In this document: piece after piece, positions 19,637-30,569 of the stretch
How the letters are laid out: every line of letters begins with the position of its first letter
Position numbering within the stretch: position 1 is the first letter of the stretch
Source of the DNA: an uncultured Thiobacillus sp.
GTDB lineage: Bacteria > Pseudomonadota > Gammaproteobacteria > Burkholderiales > Thiobacillaceae
Assembly: GCA_964393825.1 (NCBI GenBank)
Contig: CAYMUY010000022.1
Coordinates: 4,074-68,073, forward strand
DNA length: 64,000 nucleotides
Direction of reading: 5' to 3'
Translations under genes and position numbers: made by a program
Notes under the pieces: generated by a model
What the model was told of the DNA's origin: nothing
Seen by the model: the letters and a program-made list of their open reading frames with translations, nothing else
Database searches by the model: none

Positions 19637-22465
19637 TTAGCCCGCCTCGGCCAGCAGCTTGTCGGCATCCGCCTTCTGCTGGGCATCCCCTTCGCCCAGG
19701 ACTTCCTGAAGAATTTCCCGAGCGCCTTCCTGGTCGCCCATTTCCAGATAGGCGCGCGCCAAATCCAGCTTGGTATTCACTTCTTCCCACAGTTCGGGAT
19801 CGATGGCGTCAGCCGGCGGTGTAGCGGCCGGAGCCGTATCCACGACGTCTTCCCCGACCTCTTCGGCAGGCGCGGCCTCGAATGGCGCATCCGCCAGGAA
19901 GTCAAGCGGCTCGTCATCGCTGGCGGGAGCGAACTCTTCGACCAGGTCGGGGGCGGGTGACGCATCAACTTCCGCGACGAATGCCTCGGCTGTCGCCTGC
20001 ACTTCCGGTTCCGCTGCAACGGGCACCTGCATCTCCAGGGCGGACTCCAGTTCGAGGTCGGCTGGCGTGGTATCCAGATCGAGATCGATTCCGGAAAGAT
20101 CGAGTACCGGAACGGATGCCTCCTCCTCGCTCGTCGGCGTCGCCTCGGCAAAAGTCTCTGCCGCATCGAATTCCAGATCCGATCCCTGCTCGTCCCAGGC
20201 GGGCGCATCCGCGACGTCATAAGTCTCGGGCAAGGTTTCCGGTGTGGACTCGGGCGCCACGATCGGCTCGGGTTCATGGCTCGCCGGCGTCTCCCAACTC
20301 AACGGCTCAGGCTCAGGCTCCGGCGCGGCCACGGGCACCTGTGGGGCGGACTCGAACTCGAGGGAATAGTCTTTGTTGGAATGGTCCGCGCCGAAGTTGT
20401 CCTGTTTCGGAGCCTGCGCGGGAGGCGCAAGGGAATCGGCGGCGGCGGGGAGGTCGAAATCCTCATCCCGACCCGACGGCGGGAATGGCGCGTCCCAGTC
20501 ATCCTCGGGCGTCTGATCTTGCGGCATCGCCGCCAGTGGCGCCGCAAAAGCCGACGCGTCGGGACGGGCGGCGGGTTTGGCGGTGAAACTGGCGGCGGTG
20601 GACATCTCGGTGGCCGAGGCCCGATAAAGTGGATTGGACGGATCGATGCTGCGTCCCATCTCGGCGGCGCGCTGCCAGACCGGTCCGATACCACCCACGC
20701 CGGCATACAACTCGCTGGAAACGGTCTCGAAGGCCTGGGTATCCTTGCGTGCGGCATAGATTTCCAGCAGCTTCAGGGCGATTTCGTGACGGCTGGGATC
20801 CTTGTTCAGGGCCTCCTTGAGGATTTCCTCGGCCTGGGCATCGCGGCCGTAGGCCATGTAGACCTCGGCTTCGGCGATGGGATCGACCTCGTGGGTATCG
20901 ATCGCCCCCAGACCCAGTCGGCTGAAATCGGTCAGCAGCATGCTGCCTTCGGTGCTGATGCCGGCACCAGAGCTCGAAGCGCTGGAAGACGCGTTGAACA
21001 CGGCGTTATTCTTGAACTCGCCGCCGGTCATGATGCTGTCCTCGAACTTGTTGAGGCCGTGGCGACGGCGGCTGCCGACCATCATCATCCACAACAACAC
21101 CGACAGCAGGATGGCGGCCACGATGCCGCCGATGTAGAGCGGATTGCTGATGAAGGTCGAAATCCAGCTCGAGCCCTGGGGTGGCGCCGGCTCCGGCATT
21201 GCCACCGGCGCGGCGACGGGCTGCGCCTTCATCACCGGCGGGGGTGGCGCCACGGGAGGGGCTTCCGCTTCGGATGCGGCCTCGGCAGGAGCAGGCGCCG
21301 GAACCGGCATCGCCGCCGGGGCGACGGCGGCGGGCGCTGGTTCGGGTTGGACAGGAGCCTGAGCCTTCAACGCCAGCAGCTTCTGCATGTCGCTGACGGC
21401 GCGCTCGAGCTGGCCGACGCGATCCTGGGCCTCGCGCAAGGCGCGTCCCTTGGCCGCCAGTTCTTCTTCCAGTGCGTGCAATTTCTCCTGGGTCTTGCCG
21501 TCCACCCGACCGGTTGTGCCGGGCTCACCCTTGGAGAGCTTGAGCATGTCCCGCGGCGCAGCGGCGGGCGCCGGTGTTTCCTCTGACTTGGGCGCGAGTT
21601 TCCCGGCCGCGGCTTCCGGCGTCCTGGCAGTTGCGGTTTCCTGTGCCATTTCCGCGACTTTCTGGCGGTAGGCGTGCCAGTCGGCAGCATGGCCGCGGAC
21701 GGCACGGATGGCCTGATCGGGCGAAACCTGGAGGTGAACAGCCTCGGAATCGGGCACATTGAGCACCCGGCCGCGCTTGAGGCGGTTCATGTTGTCCGCC
21801 AGGAAGGCATCCTGGTTGGCACGGTAGAGGCTGACCATCATCTGTTCGAGGGTCACGCCGTCCTGCTTCACCTTGGCGGCGATACCACGCAGCGTCTCGC
21901 CGGACTTGACCGGGCCATAGCGCCTGGGCTGTTTTGCGGGCGCGGCTTCAGGCGCCCGTGGCCGGGCACTTTCCGCGACCGGCTTGCGCTCCACGGGCGC
22001 GGCCAGTATTTGCGGCGGTGCGGTCCGCGCCGTCTCCGGCAGTGCTGCCGGCTGCGCCGGCCTGGCCTCGGCGGGTGGGTCCAGCAGGATGGTGTACTCG
22101 CGAAGCAGGCGGCCTGAATTCCAGTTGACTTCGATCAACAGGTCGAGAAAGGGGTCGGCGATCGGCACGCTGGAACTGACCCGAATGACCGGTTGACCGT
22201 TGCTGCGTTGATCGATAGTGAAGCGCAAGGACGCAAGTGCCGCGATGCGGTCGATGCGCGCTTGCCGGAAGGCATCGGCGCCGGCGAGGGTGGCGGTGAT
22301 CCCGGGCAACTCATCCTTGTTGACGGACAGCAGTTCGATTTCGGCCTTGAGCGGTTGCCCTAATGCGGACTGGACACTGAGCTTGCCCAAACCCGCGGCG
22401 TCCACGCCTCCCGCAGCCAACAGCAACGCCCACAGCAACCCGCTGATTTTCATGGTTTTATGCAT
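19637..22465 (-). CDS. fimV: FimV/HubP-family polar landmark protein
   Basis: Signal peptide, LysM-like segment (YGPVKSGETLRGIA...VLNVP), coiled coil, TM segment, long acidic Pro/Glu/Ala-rich region, and the C-terminal FimV motif TKLDLARAYLEMGDQEGAREIL. The start could be 22465 or 22453. Confidence 0.85.
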   Translation of the reverse strand: MHKTMKISGLLWALLLAAGGVDAAGLGKLSVQSALGQPLKAEIELLSVNKDELPGITATLAGADAFRQARIDRIAALASLRFTIDQRSNGQPVIRVSSSVPIADPFLDLLIEVNWNSGRLLREYTILLDPPAEARPAQPAALPETARTAPPQILAAPVERKPVAESARPRAPEAAPAKQPRRYGPVKSGETLRGIAAKVKQDGVTLEQMMVSLYRANQDAFLADNMNRLKRGRVLNVPDSEAVHLQVSPDQAIRAVRGHAADWHAYRQKVAEMAQETATARTPEAAAGKLAPKSEETPAPAAAPRDMLKLSKGEPGTTGRVDGKTQEKLHALEEELAAKGRALREAQDRVGQLERAVSDMQKLLALKAQAPVQPEPAPAAVAPAAMPVPAPAPAEAASEAEAPPVAPPPPVMKAQPVAAPVAMPEPAPPQGSSWISTFISNPLYIGGIVAAILLSVLLWMMMVGSRRRHGLNKFEDSIMTGGEFKNNAVFNASSSASSSGAGISTEGSMLLTDFSRLGLGAIDTHEVDPIAEAEVYMAYGRDAQAEEILKEALNKDPSRHEIALKLLEIYAARKDTQAFETVSSELYAGVGGIGPVWQRAAEMGRSIDPSNPLYRASATEMSTAASFTAKPAARPDASAFAAPLAAMPQDQTPEDDWDAPFPPSGRDEDFDLPAAADSLAPPAQAPKQDNFGADHSNKDYSLEFESAPQVPVAAPEPEPEPLSWETPASHEPEPIVAPESTPETLPETYDVADAPAWDEQGSDLEFDAAETFAEATPTSEEEASVPVLDLSGIDLDLDTTPADLELESALEMQVPVAAEPEVQATAEAFVAEVDASPAPDLVEEFAPASDDEPLDFLADAPFEAAPAEEVGEDVVDTAPAATPPADAIDPELWEEVNTKLDLARAYLEMGDQEGAREILQEVLGEGDAQQKADADKLLAEAG

Positions 22466-22579
22466 CTCTCCGCCCTTATGTCCGCTTACCCTTGTGCCGC
22501 AATGACGCGCCAAACGACCTGAACCCGAGCAACTTTCCGTGATGTGTCATGGGCTTAGGCGCTCTACTTGAAGGAATGC

Positions 22580-23509
22580 TCACGTTAGCATCGAATTTGT
22601 CGGCTTATCAATCCAATTTTCCACGACCGTCACGATCTGCGCGGCCTCCAGGCGCAGAGGATCGAAGACCAGCCAGAACTTGAGATGATTTTCCCGGGCC
22701 TGGATGCGGCCGACAAACACATCATCGCTGTCCGCCGCGTCGGTGGCCGGCGACGGGATGCCGGCGGGCAATTCGCTTTCCATCAGGGTGATGCCCTCGG
22801 CGCGGGTCAGGGCCTGGCGCAACTTCTCCAGTTCGATGCCGCGTTCGGCGCGAACATGCAGCATGACGGCGGCGCCAAAGAAGATCGGCGCCTGGATGCT
22901 GCTGTAGTCGACCGCGACCGCCCTGCCCAGGAGTCGCTCGGTGGCTTCGGCCAGAACGCTGTCATAAGCCTGGTCCGGCAACGGCATCAGATTGAAGGCA
23001 ATCTGCAGCGGGAAGATCTCCGGATCCGGGCTATCCAGATTGAACAGGCCGCGGGTCTGGCTGGAGAGTTCATCGACGCCGACCTTGCCGGCCATTGCCA
23101 CGGACAACGAGACGAAGGCATCGGCGCCTTGCAGGCCTGCCAGGGCATCGATCACCCCGAGCACCCGCGCCACGGCGACAGCGGGGGCCGGCTCGATGCC
23201 CGCGACGCCGACCACCGGCATGGCCGGCCGCACCGCGATTGCCTGGGCGGCCAGCATCTGGGCGGCGGCCGCGCGGGTCGCGACGACCAGGGCCTGGGTC
23301 CGGTTGAAGTCGAATTCGGCCTCGGTCATGCATGGCCAATCCTTGCCGGCGAAAGCGACGGTGGTTTCCACCTCGTTCAGTGTCAGTGGATACAGCTTGC
23401 CGACGGCGACTTCGCGTTCTTCCAGCAAACGCAGGACGGCTTCACCAAGGGGGTCGTCGGCGCCCAGGACGGCCAGGTCGAAATGGGAAGTTTGTTCGCT
23501 CACCCTCAT
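22580..23509 (-). CDS. aspartate-semialdehyde dehydrogenase-like paralogue (Usg-like), probably non-catalytic
   Basis: Asd-family length and position directly after asd (ATGA overlap). There is no Cys at the active-site position and the dinucleotide-binding glycine motif is degenerate. Confidence 0.65.
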   Translation of the reverse strand: MRVSEQTSHFDLAVLGADDPLGEAVLRLLEEREVAVGKLYPLTLNEVETTVAFAGKDWPCMTEAEFDFNRTQALVVATRAAAAQMLAAQAIAVRPAMPVVGVAGIEPAPAVAVARVLGVIDALAGLQGADAFVSLSVAMAGKVGVDELSSQTRGLFNLDSPDPEIFPLQIAFNLMPLPDQAYDSVLAEATERLLGRAVAVDYSSIQAPIFFGAAVMLHVRAERGIELEKLRQALTRAEGITLMESELPAGIPSPATDAADSDDVFVGRIQARENHLKFWLVFDPLRLEAAQIVTVVENWIDKPTNSMLT

Positions 23510-24618
23510 GCTTCCAGCAGGATGCGCAGCATCCGGCGCAGCGGCTCGGCCGCGCCCCAGAGGAGCTGGTCACCAACTGTGAAGGCGGTCAGGTATTCCG
23601 GGCCCATGTTGAGTTTGCGCATGCGGCCGACCGGCACGGTGAGCGTGCCGGTGACGGCGGCGGGGGTCAGCTCGCGCATGGTGATCTCGCGGTCGTTGGG
23701 GATCACTTTCACCCAGTCGTTGTGCGCGGCGATGATGGCGTGGATGTCGTCCAGCGGCACATCGCGGGTCATCTTGATGGTCAGCGCCTGGGAATGGCAA
23801 CGCATGGCGCCGACCCGCACGCAGAGACCGTCGATGGGAATCTGATTGTCGGAGCGACCGAGAATCTTGTTGGCCTCGACCTGCGCCTTCCACTCTTCCT
23901 TGGACTGGCCGGAGGCCAGGGCGACGTCGATCCAGGGGATCAGGTTGCCGGCCAGGGGAACCGGCCAGGCATCGAGCGGATAGCGATCGGAACGGATGTA
24001 ATCGGCCACCTTCTTGTCGATTTCCAGAATCGCGGAAGCCGGGTCGGCCACCAGATCGGCCACTTCGCCGTGCACCGCGCCCATCTGCTTGATCAGTTCG
24101 CGCATGTTGCGCGCACCCGCCCCGGAGGCGGCCTGATAGGTCATGGGGGAAATCCACTCGATCAGGCCGGCGTCGAACAGGCCGCCGATGGCCATGAGCA
24201 TCAGCGACACCGTGCAGTTGCCGCCGACATAAGTCTTCACGCCACCAGAGATGCCGTTCTTGATCACGTCCTTGTTGACCGGGTCGAGAATGATGATGGC
24301 CTCATCCTTCATGCGCAGGGCGGAAGCGGCGTCGATCCAGTAGCCGTTCCAGCCGGCCGCGCGCAGCTTCGGGTACACCTCCTTGGTGTAATCGCCGCCC
24401 TGGGCGGTGATGATGATGTCCATCGCCTTCAGTTCGTCGACGGACATCGCATCCTTCAGGGGCGGGACGTCCTTGCCAATTGACAGTCCCTTGCCGCCGA
24501 CATTGGAGGTAGTGAAGAACACCGGATCGACAAGATCGAAATCCCGTTCTTCCATCATCCGGCCCATGAGCACCGAGCCCACCATGCCGCGCCAACCGAT
24601 CAGACCTACTCGCTTCAT
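23506..24618 (-). CDS. asd: aspartate-semialdehyde dehydrogenase
   Basis: [17 protein letters not shown] start and active-site motif [10 protein letters not shown]. Confidence 0.95.
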   Translation of the reverse strand: MKRVGLIGWRGMVGSVLMGRMMEERDFDLVDPVFFTTSNVGGKGLSIGKDVPPLKDAMSVDELKAMDIIITAQGGDYTKEVYPKLRAAGWNGYWIDAASALRMKDEAIIILDPVNKDVIKNGISGGVKTYVGGNCTVSLMLMAIGGLFDAGLIEWISPMTYQAASGAGARNMRELIKQMGAVHGEVADLVADPASAILEIDKKVADYIRSDRYPLDAWPVPLAGNLIPWIDVALASGQSKEEWKAQVEANKILGRSDNQIPIDGLCVRVGAMRCHSQALTIKMTRDVPLDDIHAIIAAHNDWVKVIPNDREITMRELTPAAVTGTLTVPVGRMRKLNMGPEYLTAFTVGDQLLWGAAEPLRRMLRILLEA

Positions 24619-24644
24619 TTCAATAACCTCGATTCAGGAATTCA

Positions 24645-25706
24645 TTACATCGCGGCGACGACGGCATCGCCCATCGCCGAACAGGATACTTTGTTGCCGC
24701 CTTCGGTCCAGATATCGCCGGTGCGATAGCCCTGGGCGATGACCTTCTTCACCGCGTTTTCGATGCGGTCGGCCGTGGCCATGTCGGCGAAGGTGTAGCG
24801 GTACATCATCGCCACGGAAAGGATCGTCGCCAGCGGATTGGCGATGTCTTTTCCGGCGATGTCCGGGGCGGAGCCGTGGATCGGTTCGTACATGCCCTTG
24901 TTGTTCTCATCCAGAGAAGCCGAGGGCAGCATGCCGATGGAGCCGGACAACATGGAAGCCTGGTCGGACAGGATGTCGCCGAAGATGTTGCCGGTGACGA
25001 TCACGTCGAACTGCTTCGGGTTCTTCACCAGCTGCATGGCGGCGTTGTCCACATACAGGGTGGACAGCTCGACTTCCGGATAATCCTTCGCCACCTCGGC
25101 CACCACGTCGCGCCACAGTTCCGAGCACTCCAGGACGTTGGCTTTTTCCACCGAGCACAAACGTTTGTCGCGCTTCATGGCGATGCCGAAGGCCACATGC
25201 GCCACCCGGCGCACTTCCGATTCGGAATAGATCATGGTGTTGAAGCCGACCCGCTCACCGTTCCTGATCTCAATGCCGCGCGGCTGGCCGAAATACACGT
25301 CGCCGGTCAGTTCCCGCACGATCATGATGTCCAGTCCCGCCACCACATCGGGTTTCAGCGAGGAGGCGCCGGCCAGTTCCGGATAGAGCAGCGCCGGGCG
25401 CAGGTTGGCGAACAGGTTGAGTTCCTTGCGGATGCGCAGCAGGCCGCGCTCCGGGCGCAACGGGCGATCCAGCTTGTCATACTGCGGCCCGCCGACGGCG
25501 CCGAGCAGCACGGCATCCGCCGTTTTCGACAGTTTCAGGGTCGATTCCGGCAGCGGATCACCCTCGGCGTCGTAACCGGCGCCGCCGATGTGGCCGTACT
25601 CCATCTCGATCTTGGCGCCGTCGCACTTCAACACGTCGAGCACCTTGACCGCTTGCGCGACGATTTCCTTACCGATGCCGTCACCCGGCAGAACCGCGAG
25701 TTTCAT
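24645..25706 (-). CDS. leuB: 3-isopropylmalate dehydrogenase
   Basis: [16 protein letters not shown] start, with ATG verified at 25706. The 460-aa track ORF is an upstream run-on. Confidence 0.95.
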   Translation of the reverse strand: MKLAVLPGDGIGKEIVAQAVKVLDVLKCDGAKIEMEYGHIGGAGYDAEGDPLPESTLKLSKTADAVLLGAVGGPQYDKLDRPLRPERGLLRIRKELNLFANLRPALLYPELAGASSLKPDVVAGLDIMIVRELTGDVYFGQPRGIEIRNGERVGFNTMIYSESEVRRVAHVAFGIAMKRDKRLCSVEKANVLECSELWRDVVAEVAKDYPEVELSTLYVDNAAMQLVKNPKQFDVIVTGNIFGDILSDQASMLSGSIGMLPSASLDENNKGMYEPIHGSAPDIAGKDIANPLATILSVAMMYRYTFADMATADRIENAVKKVIAQGYRTGDIWTEGGNKVSCSAMGDAVVAAM

Positions 25707-25753
25707 GATTTCTTCCTGTTTTCCATGCAGATAATGTCGCTGAATAAATGTAG

Positions 25754-26167
25754 TTACACCGCCTCGACCCGCAACCCGGCACGTATGGCCGCGTCCCGCT
25801 GCCGCTGATCGGCCGAGATGAAGACATCGGCTTGCAGGGCGACGGCGCTGCCGATGTGGATCGCGTCCATGCCACGCAATACATTGGCTTCCAGGCAGGA
25901 AACGGCTTGCGCCAATACCCGCGGGGTGAGATCGCAGATGGCGGCATCCTCGATGTCGGCGAGCAAGAGCGACTTCAGTTGCCGGTATTGGGTGTCGCTG
26001 ATCTTTTCTTCCCGCTTGAGCCGGCAAAAAGCGGAGACGATCTCCGGCAGCGCGATACCGGAGAGGCCGATCTCCGTGGCCCGGTCACACCATTCCAGAA
26101 CCGCATCAGTCCCGTCTTCGCTGACATAGCGCTTGACGAAGGCCGAGGTATCGAAAAACACACGCAT
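25754..26167 (-). CDS. vapC: PIN-domain toxin (VapC-like)
   Basis: 137 aa with [10 protein letters not shown] (first acidic residue), further conserved acidic positions and a C-terminal ISAD. The start overlaps the antitoxin stop (TAATG). Confidence 0.8.
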   Translation of the reverse strand: MRVFFDTSAFVKRYVSEDGTDAVLEWCDRATEIGLSGIALPEIVSAFCRLKREEKISDTQYRQLKSLLLADIEDAAICDLTPRVLAQAVSCLEANVLRGMDAIHIGSAVALQADVFISADQRQRDAAIRAGLRVEAV

Positions 26168-26394
26168 TACCGTCCGGCCTCGCGCTCGTCGAGAATCATG
26201 CGACTGAGGGAAACGCCATCGAGAACCAGAGGTTGCGCGCGGCGGCGTTTCCAGGAAGGCAGGTCCGCAACGATTGGAACGATGTCGGCGATGGGTTTCC
26301 CATTCCGCAGCACACGAACGGACTCACCCATTTCGACGATGTCGAAATACTGCTTCGCATGGTTACGCACTTCGGTAAAGGTGGCTTGTTTCAT
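26167..26394 (-). CDS. Phd/YefM-type antitoxin
   Basis: 75 aa, MKQATFTEVRNHAKQYFDIVEMGESVRVLRNGKPIA. ATG 26394 is preferred over the track start 26424. Confidence 0.75.
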   Translation of the reverse strand: MKQATFTEVRNHAKQYFDIVEMGESVRVLRNGKPIADIVPIVADLPSWKRRRAQPLVLDGVSLSRMILDEREAGR

Positions 26395-26485
26395 GGCGAC
26401 CTGATGATGTACAGATGGGTGCAATTGTAAATGCTCATACCCATGAAATGCGTGGGGGTCGTGGGAGCGTGCTGGGTGATATGAA

Positions 26486-27124
26486 TCAGGCGAACAACCA
26501 CGCCGCTTCCGCCTTGCGCCGTGACTCGTAGGCCTTGATCTGGTCCGTGTATTGCAGGGTCAGGGCGATGTCGTCGAGGCCGTTCAACAGGCGGTGTTTG
26601 CGCTCACCATCCACTTCAAAGGAGATCGCTTCGCCGGAGGGCGTGGTGACGGTCTGCGCGGCGAGGTCGATGGTGAGGCGGTAGCCTTCGCTCGCTTCGG
26701 TTTCCTTGAACAGGCGGTCGACGATGTCGGCGCTCAGGACGATGGGCAGGAGGCCGTTCTTGAAGCAGTTATTGAAGAAGATGTCGGCGTAGCTGGGGGC
26801 GATGATGGCGCGGAAACCGTAGTCTTCCAGTGCCCAGGGGGCGTGTTCGCGGCTGGAGCCGCAGCCGAAATTCTCGCGCGTGAGCAGGATCGAGGCGCCC
26901 TGGTAGCGCGCCTGGTTGAGCACGAAATCCGGGTTGATCGGGCGGTTGGCGCAATCGACGCCGGGCTCGCCGCGATCCAGATAGCGCCATTCGTCGAAGG
27001 CGTTGGGGCCGAAGCCGGAACGCTTGATCGACTTGAGGAATTGCTTGGGGATGATGGCGTCGGTATCGACGTTGGCGCGGTCGAGCGGCACGGCCAGGCC
27101 ATGCAAGGTATTGAACGGGTTCAT
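26486..27124 (-). CDS. leuD: 3-isopropylmalate dehydratase small subunit
   Basis: Family-typical sequence ([13 protein letters not shown]). Confidence 0.95.
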   Translation of the reverse strand: MNPFNTLHGLAVPLDRANVDTDAIIPKQFLKSIKRSGFGPNAFDEWRYLDRGEPGVDCANRPINPDFVLNQARYQGASILLTRENFGCGSSREHAPWALEDYGFRAIIAPSYADIFFNNCFKNGLLPIVLSADIVDRLFKETEASEGYRLTIDLAAQTVTTPSGEAISFEVDGERKHRLLNGLDDIALTLQYTDQIKAYESRRKAEAAWLFA

Positions 27125-27282
27125 TTGTTGCCTGCTCTTTGAATGGCCTCTCCGGCCCTTTCGATATCCTGGCCGACGCCGCGCACGGTGTTGCAGCCGT
27201 ACATGCTGTAGACGACGCCGATGGCGATGGCCAGCACGGCCAGTTTCACCGCGCCGATGATGATGAGTTTTTTCGGGGTCAT
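27121..27282 (-). CDS. 53-aa entericidin A/B-like small lipoprotein (not in the supplied ORF track)
   Basis: My own translation is [53 protein letters not shown]. It has a signal peptide, a Cys, and the CNTxRGxGxDI pattern of entericidins. ATGA overlaps occur with the leuC stop (27279-27282) and the leuD start (27121-27124). Confidence 0.7.
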   Translation of the reverse strand: MTPKKLIIIGAVKLAVLAIAIGVVYSMYGCNTVRGVGQDIERAGEAIQRAGNK

Positions 27283-28703
27283 TGCATCACCTCACGTATA
27301 TCCACGAAATGGCCGAACACGGCGGCGGCGGCGGCCATCGCCGGCGACACCAGGTGGGTGCGCCCCCCCTGACCCTGGCGGCCCTCGAAGTTGCGATTGG
27401 AAGTCGAGGCGCAACGCTCGCCCGGCTCCAGGCGGTCGGCGTTCATCGCCAGGCACATGGAACAGCCGGGATCGCGCCATTCGAAGCCGGCGGCGACGAA
27501 GTCACGGTCCAGCCCCTCGGCCTCCGCCTGCGCCTTCACCAGGCCGGAGCCCGGCACCACCATCGCCAGCTTCACATTGGCGGCGACGCGGCGCCCCTGA
27601 GACACGGCCCAGCGCGCCACCACGGCGGCTTCGCGCAGGTCTTCGATGCGCGAATTGGTGCAGGAACCGATGAAGGCCTTGTCGATGGTGATTTCATTGA
27701 TCGGCGTGCCGGCGGTGAGGCCCATGTAGGCCAGCGCCCGCTCCCAATCGGCCTTTTTGACGGCATTGGGGGCGTCAGCCGGGTTCGGCACCTTGTCTTC
27801 CACCGACAGCACCATTTCCGGCGAGGTTCCCCAGGTGACTTGCGGCTTGATTTCCGCCGCGTCCAGGTCCACCACCGCATCGAACGCCGCGCCTTCGTCG
27901 GAATGCAGGGTGCGCCAGTAGGCCACGGCGGCATCCCAGTCCGCGCCCTTCGGCGCCTGCGGCCGGCCCTCGACATAGCGAATCGTTTTCTCGTCGGCCG
28001 CCACCATTCCGGCACGGGCCCCGGCCTCGATGGCCATGTTGCACAGGGTCATGCGGCCTTCCATCGACAGGGCGCGGATGGCCTCGCCGCCGAACTCCAC
28101 CGCGTAGCCGGTGCCGCCCGCCGTGCCGATCTTGCCGATGATGGCGAGCGCCACATCCTTGGCGGTCACGCCCGCCGGCAGGTCGCCGTCCACTTTCACC
28201 AGCATGGCCTTCGACTTCGATTGCCACAGGCATTGCGTCGCCAGCACATGCTCGACCTCGGAGGTGCCGATGCCGAAAGCCAGCGCGGCGAAAGCGCCGT
28301 GCGTGCTGGTATGCGAATCGCCGCACACCAGGGTGGTGCCCGGCAGGGTGAAGCCCTGTTCCGGGCCGATGACATGGACGATGCCCTGGCGCGGGTCGCT
28401 CATGCGGAATTCATTGAGGCCCAGTTCGGCGCAATTGGCGTCCAGGGTCTCCACCTGGGTGCGCGAGACCGGATCGACGATGCCGGCGGCGCGGGCGGTG
28501 GTCGGTACGTTGTGATCGGGCGTGGCCAGGATGGTATTCGCCCGCCACAATTTGCGCCCGGACAGCTTCAGGCCCTCGAAGGCCTGCGGGCTGGTCACTT
28601 CATGCACCAGATGGCGGTCGATGTAGAGCAACGCGGTGCCGTTGGCTTCCTGGTGGACGACGTGGGCGTCCCAGAGTTTGTCATAGAGGGTGCGGGCGGT
28701 CAT
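27279..28703 (-). CDS. leuC: 3-isopropylmalate dehydratase large subunit
   Basis: Aconitase-family Fe-S ligand motifs [18 protein letters not shown] and CSMCLAMN. Confidence 0.95.
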   Translation of the reverse strand: MTARTLYDKLWDAHVVHQEANGTALLYIDRHLVHEVTSPQAFEGLKLSGRKLWRANTILATPDHNVPTTARAAGIVDPVSRTQVETLDANCAELGLNEFRMSDPRQGIVHVIGPEQGFTLPGTTLVCGDSHTSTHGAFAALAFGIGTSEVEHVLATQCLWQSKSKAMLVKVDGDLPAGVTAKDVALAIIGKIGTAGGTGYAVEFGGEAIRALSMEGRMTLCNMAIEAGARAGMVAADEKTIRYVEGRPQAPKGADWDAAVAYWRTLHSDEGAAFDAVVDLDAAEIKPQVTWGTSPEMVLSVEDKVPNPADAPNAVKKADWERALAYMGLTAGTPINEITIDKAFIGSCTNSRIEDLREAAVVARWAVSQGRRVAANVKLAMVVPGSGLVKAQAEAEGLDRDFVAAGFEWRDPGCSMCLAMNADRLEPGERCASTSNRNFEGRQGQGGRTHLVSPAMAAAAAVFGHFVDIREVMQ

Positions 28704-28831
28704 GGCGAAGGCTGCGTAAGAAAGAGGCGGATTATTTCACGGCGCGGGGGGTGGACGGTAGGAGGCACCCGCTTGCGGCGCAAACCAGTCATGTCCGCCC
28801 CGTAGGAGCGTCCGCTCGCGGCGCGAACAGC

Positions 28832-30391
28832 CTACATGCCCAGCCGCACCAAGGCATATTCCATGCTGTCCGACAACGCCCGCCAGCTGGCGTCGATGAT
28901 GTTGGCGTTGGCGCCGACCGTGGTCCACGCGGCCTCGCCACTCTGGAAATCGATGAGTACACGGGTGTTGGCGGCGGTGCCGGCGGTGCCGGACAGGATG
29001 CGGACCTTGTAGTCGGTCAGGTGCACCGTGCGCAGCACCGGGTAGGTGCCCACCAGGGCGTTCTGCAAGGCGGTGGCCAGCGCATTGACCGGGCCATTGC
29101 CCTCGGCGGCGGTGAATTGGACCGCGTCACCGACCCTGACCTTCACCGTCGCCTCGGCGAGCAGGCCGCGCCCGTGTCGACGCTCGGTGATGACGAAGTA
29201 GTCGAGCAGTTCGAAGGGACGGACGTAGGCCGGATCGAGGCGGTGGAACATCAGTTCGACACTGGCCTCGGCGGCTTCGAAGGTGAAGCCTTCGTGTTCC
29301 AGATGCTTGATCTGTCCCAGGACGTGCTGCGCCGCGTCGTTGTCGAGATCCAGCCCCAGGCGCCGCGCCTGCAACTGCAGATTGCCGCGGCCGGACAACT
29401 CCGAGGTCACCGAGCGCATCTCGTTGCCCACCCGCTCCGGGTCGATGTGCTGGTAGGTATCCGGCGATTTCAGGATCGCCGCAACGTGGATGCCACCCTT
29501 GTGGGCAAAGGCGGAATGGCCGGTATAAGGCTGGTGGTCGTCATGCTTCAGGTTGACCACCTCGGCAACGAAGCGCGACAGGCTGGTCAGCTCGCGCAGG
29601 CGTTCCTCCGGCAGGACCGCGTGCCCCATCTTCAATTGCAGGTTGGGCAGGATCGTGACCAGATCGGCGTTGCCGACCCGCTCGCCATAGCCGTTGACAG
29701 TGCCCTGCACCATCGTCGCCCCGGCGCGCACCGCTGCCAGCGAGTTGGCCACCGCGCAGCCGGTGTCGTTATGGCAATGCACCCCGATCTTCGCCTCGGG
29801 CAGGCGGGTCGCCACCTCGCGGGTGATGGCTTCGATTTCCCAGGGCAGTTTGCCGCCATTGGTCTCGCACAGCACCACCCAGTCGGCGCCCGCCTCCACC
29901 GCCGCGCGCAGGGTCGCCAGGGCATAGTCGGGATTGGCGAGGAAACCATCGTAGAAATGCTCGGCGTCGAACACCACTTCCCTGCCCCACCCCTTGATCC
30001 AGGTGACGCTGTCGCGAATCATCGCCAGGTTTTCAGCCGCGGTGGTCTTCAGCACGTGGCTGACGTGGTAATCCCAGGACTTGCCGACCAAAGTCACCGC
30101 CGGCGTGCCGGCCTCGATCAGGGCGCGCAGGTTGGCATCATCATCGCAGCCGGCGTTGGCATGGCGGGTGCGACCGAAGGCGGCCAGCCGCGCCGGCAGG
30201 TTCATGCGATTGGCGCGGGCGAAGAACTCGGCGTCCTTGGGATTGGAGCCGGGCCAGCCGCATTCGATGTAATGCATGCCGAAGGCCGCCAGGCGGTGGG
30301 CGATGGTCAGCTTGTCTTCGACGGAGAGGGAGATGTCTTCACGCTGCGAGCCGTCGCGCAGGGTGGTGTCATAGAGAAAGATCGAATTCAT
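28832..30391 (-). CDS. cimA: citramalate synthase-type member of the LeuA/2-isopropylmalate synthase family
   Basis: MNSIFLYDTTLRDGSQ start (ATG 30391 verified) and HCHNDTGCAVANS metal site. About 519 aa with a C-terminal regulatory domain. The cimA versus leuA assignment is not certain. Confidence 0.75.
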   Translation of the reverse strand: MNSIFLYDTTLRDGSQREDISLSVEDKLTIAHRLAAFGMHYIECGWPGSNPKDAEFFARANRMNLPARLAAFGRTRHANAGCDDDANLRALIEAGTPAVTLVGKSWDYHVSHVLKTTAAENLAMIRDSVTWIKGWGREVVFDAEHFYDGFLANPDYALATLRAAVEAGADWVVLCETNGGKLPWEIEAITREVATRLPEAKIGVHCHNDTGCAVANSLAAVRAGATMVQGTVNGYGERVGNADLVTILPNLQLKMGHAVLPEERLRELTSLSRFVAEVVNLKHDDHQPYTGHSAFAHKGGIHVAAILKSPDTYQHIDPERVGNEMRSVTSELSGRGNLQLQARRLGLDLDNDAAQHVLGQIKHLEHEGFTFEAAEASVELMFHRLDPAYVRPFELLDYFVITERRHGRGLLAEATVKVRVGDAVQFTAAEGNGPVNALATALQNALVGTYPVLRTVHLTDYKVRILSGTAGTAANTRVLIDFQSGEAAWTTVGANANIIDASWRALSDSMEYALVRLGM

Positions 30392-30514
30392 GGGTGGAAC
30401 CGTAAGGAGGGAAGCATGGCGCCAATCACCCTCCCCAGGACCTGGCACCGGATGCCGAGGCTACCGCAAAGCCATCCGATCGAGAAGGCCGGTGTGAACC
30501 CTCACCCAAATGGA

Positions 30515-30536
30515 CAACGCCCCGTTCGGGGCGTTG
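30515..30536 (-). terminator. GC-rich hairpin, likely rho-independent terminator after the gspCDEF-OMP gene string
   Basis: caacgcccc-gttc-ggggcgttg, a 9-bp perfect stem. On the - strand it is followed by tccattt. Lies 34 nt downstream of stop 30570. Confidence 0.5.
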
Positions 30537-30569
30537 CATCCTGGACCACCGGTGTGGGCAGATGATGGA

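Noticed and set aside
25707-26027. Upstream extension of leuB (460-aa track ORF)
   Set aside because: The canonical LeuB N-terminus [16 protein letters not shown] starts at 25706. The extension overlaps the PIN-toxin gene and is Arg-rich.
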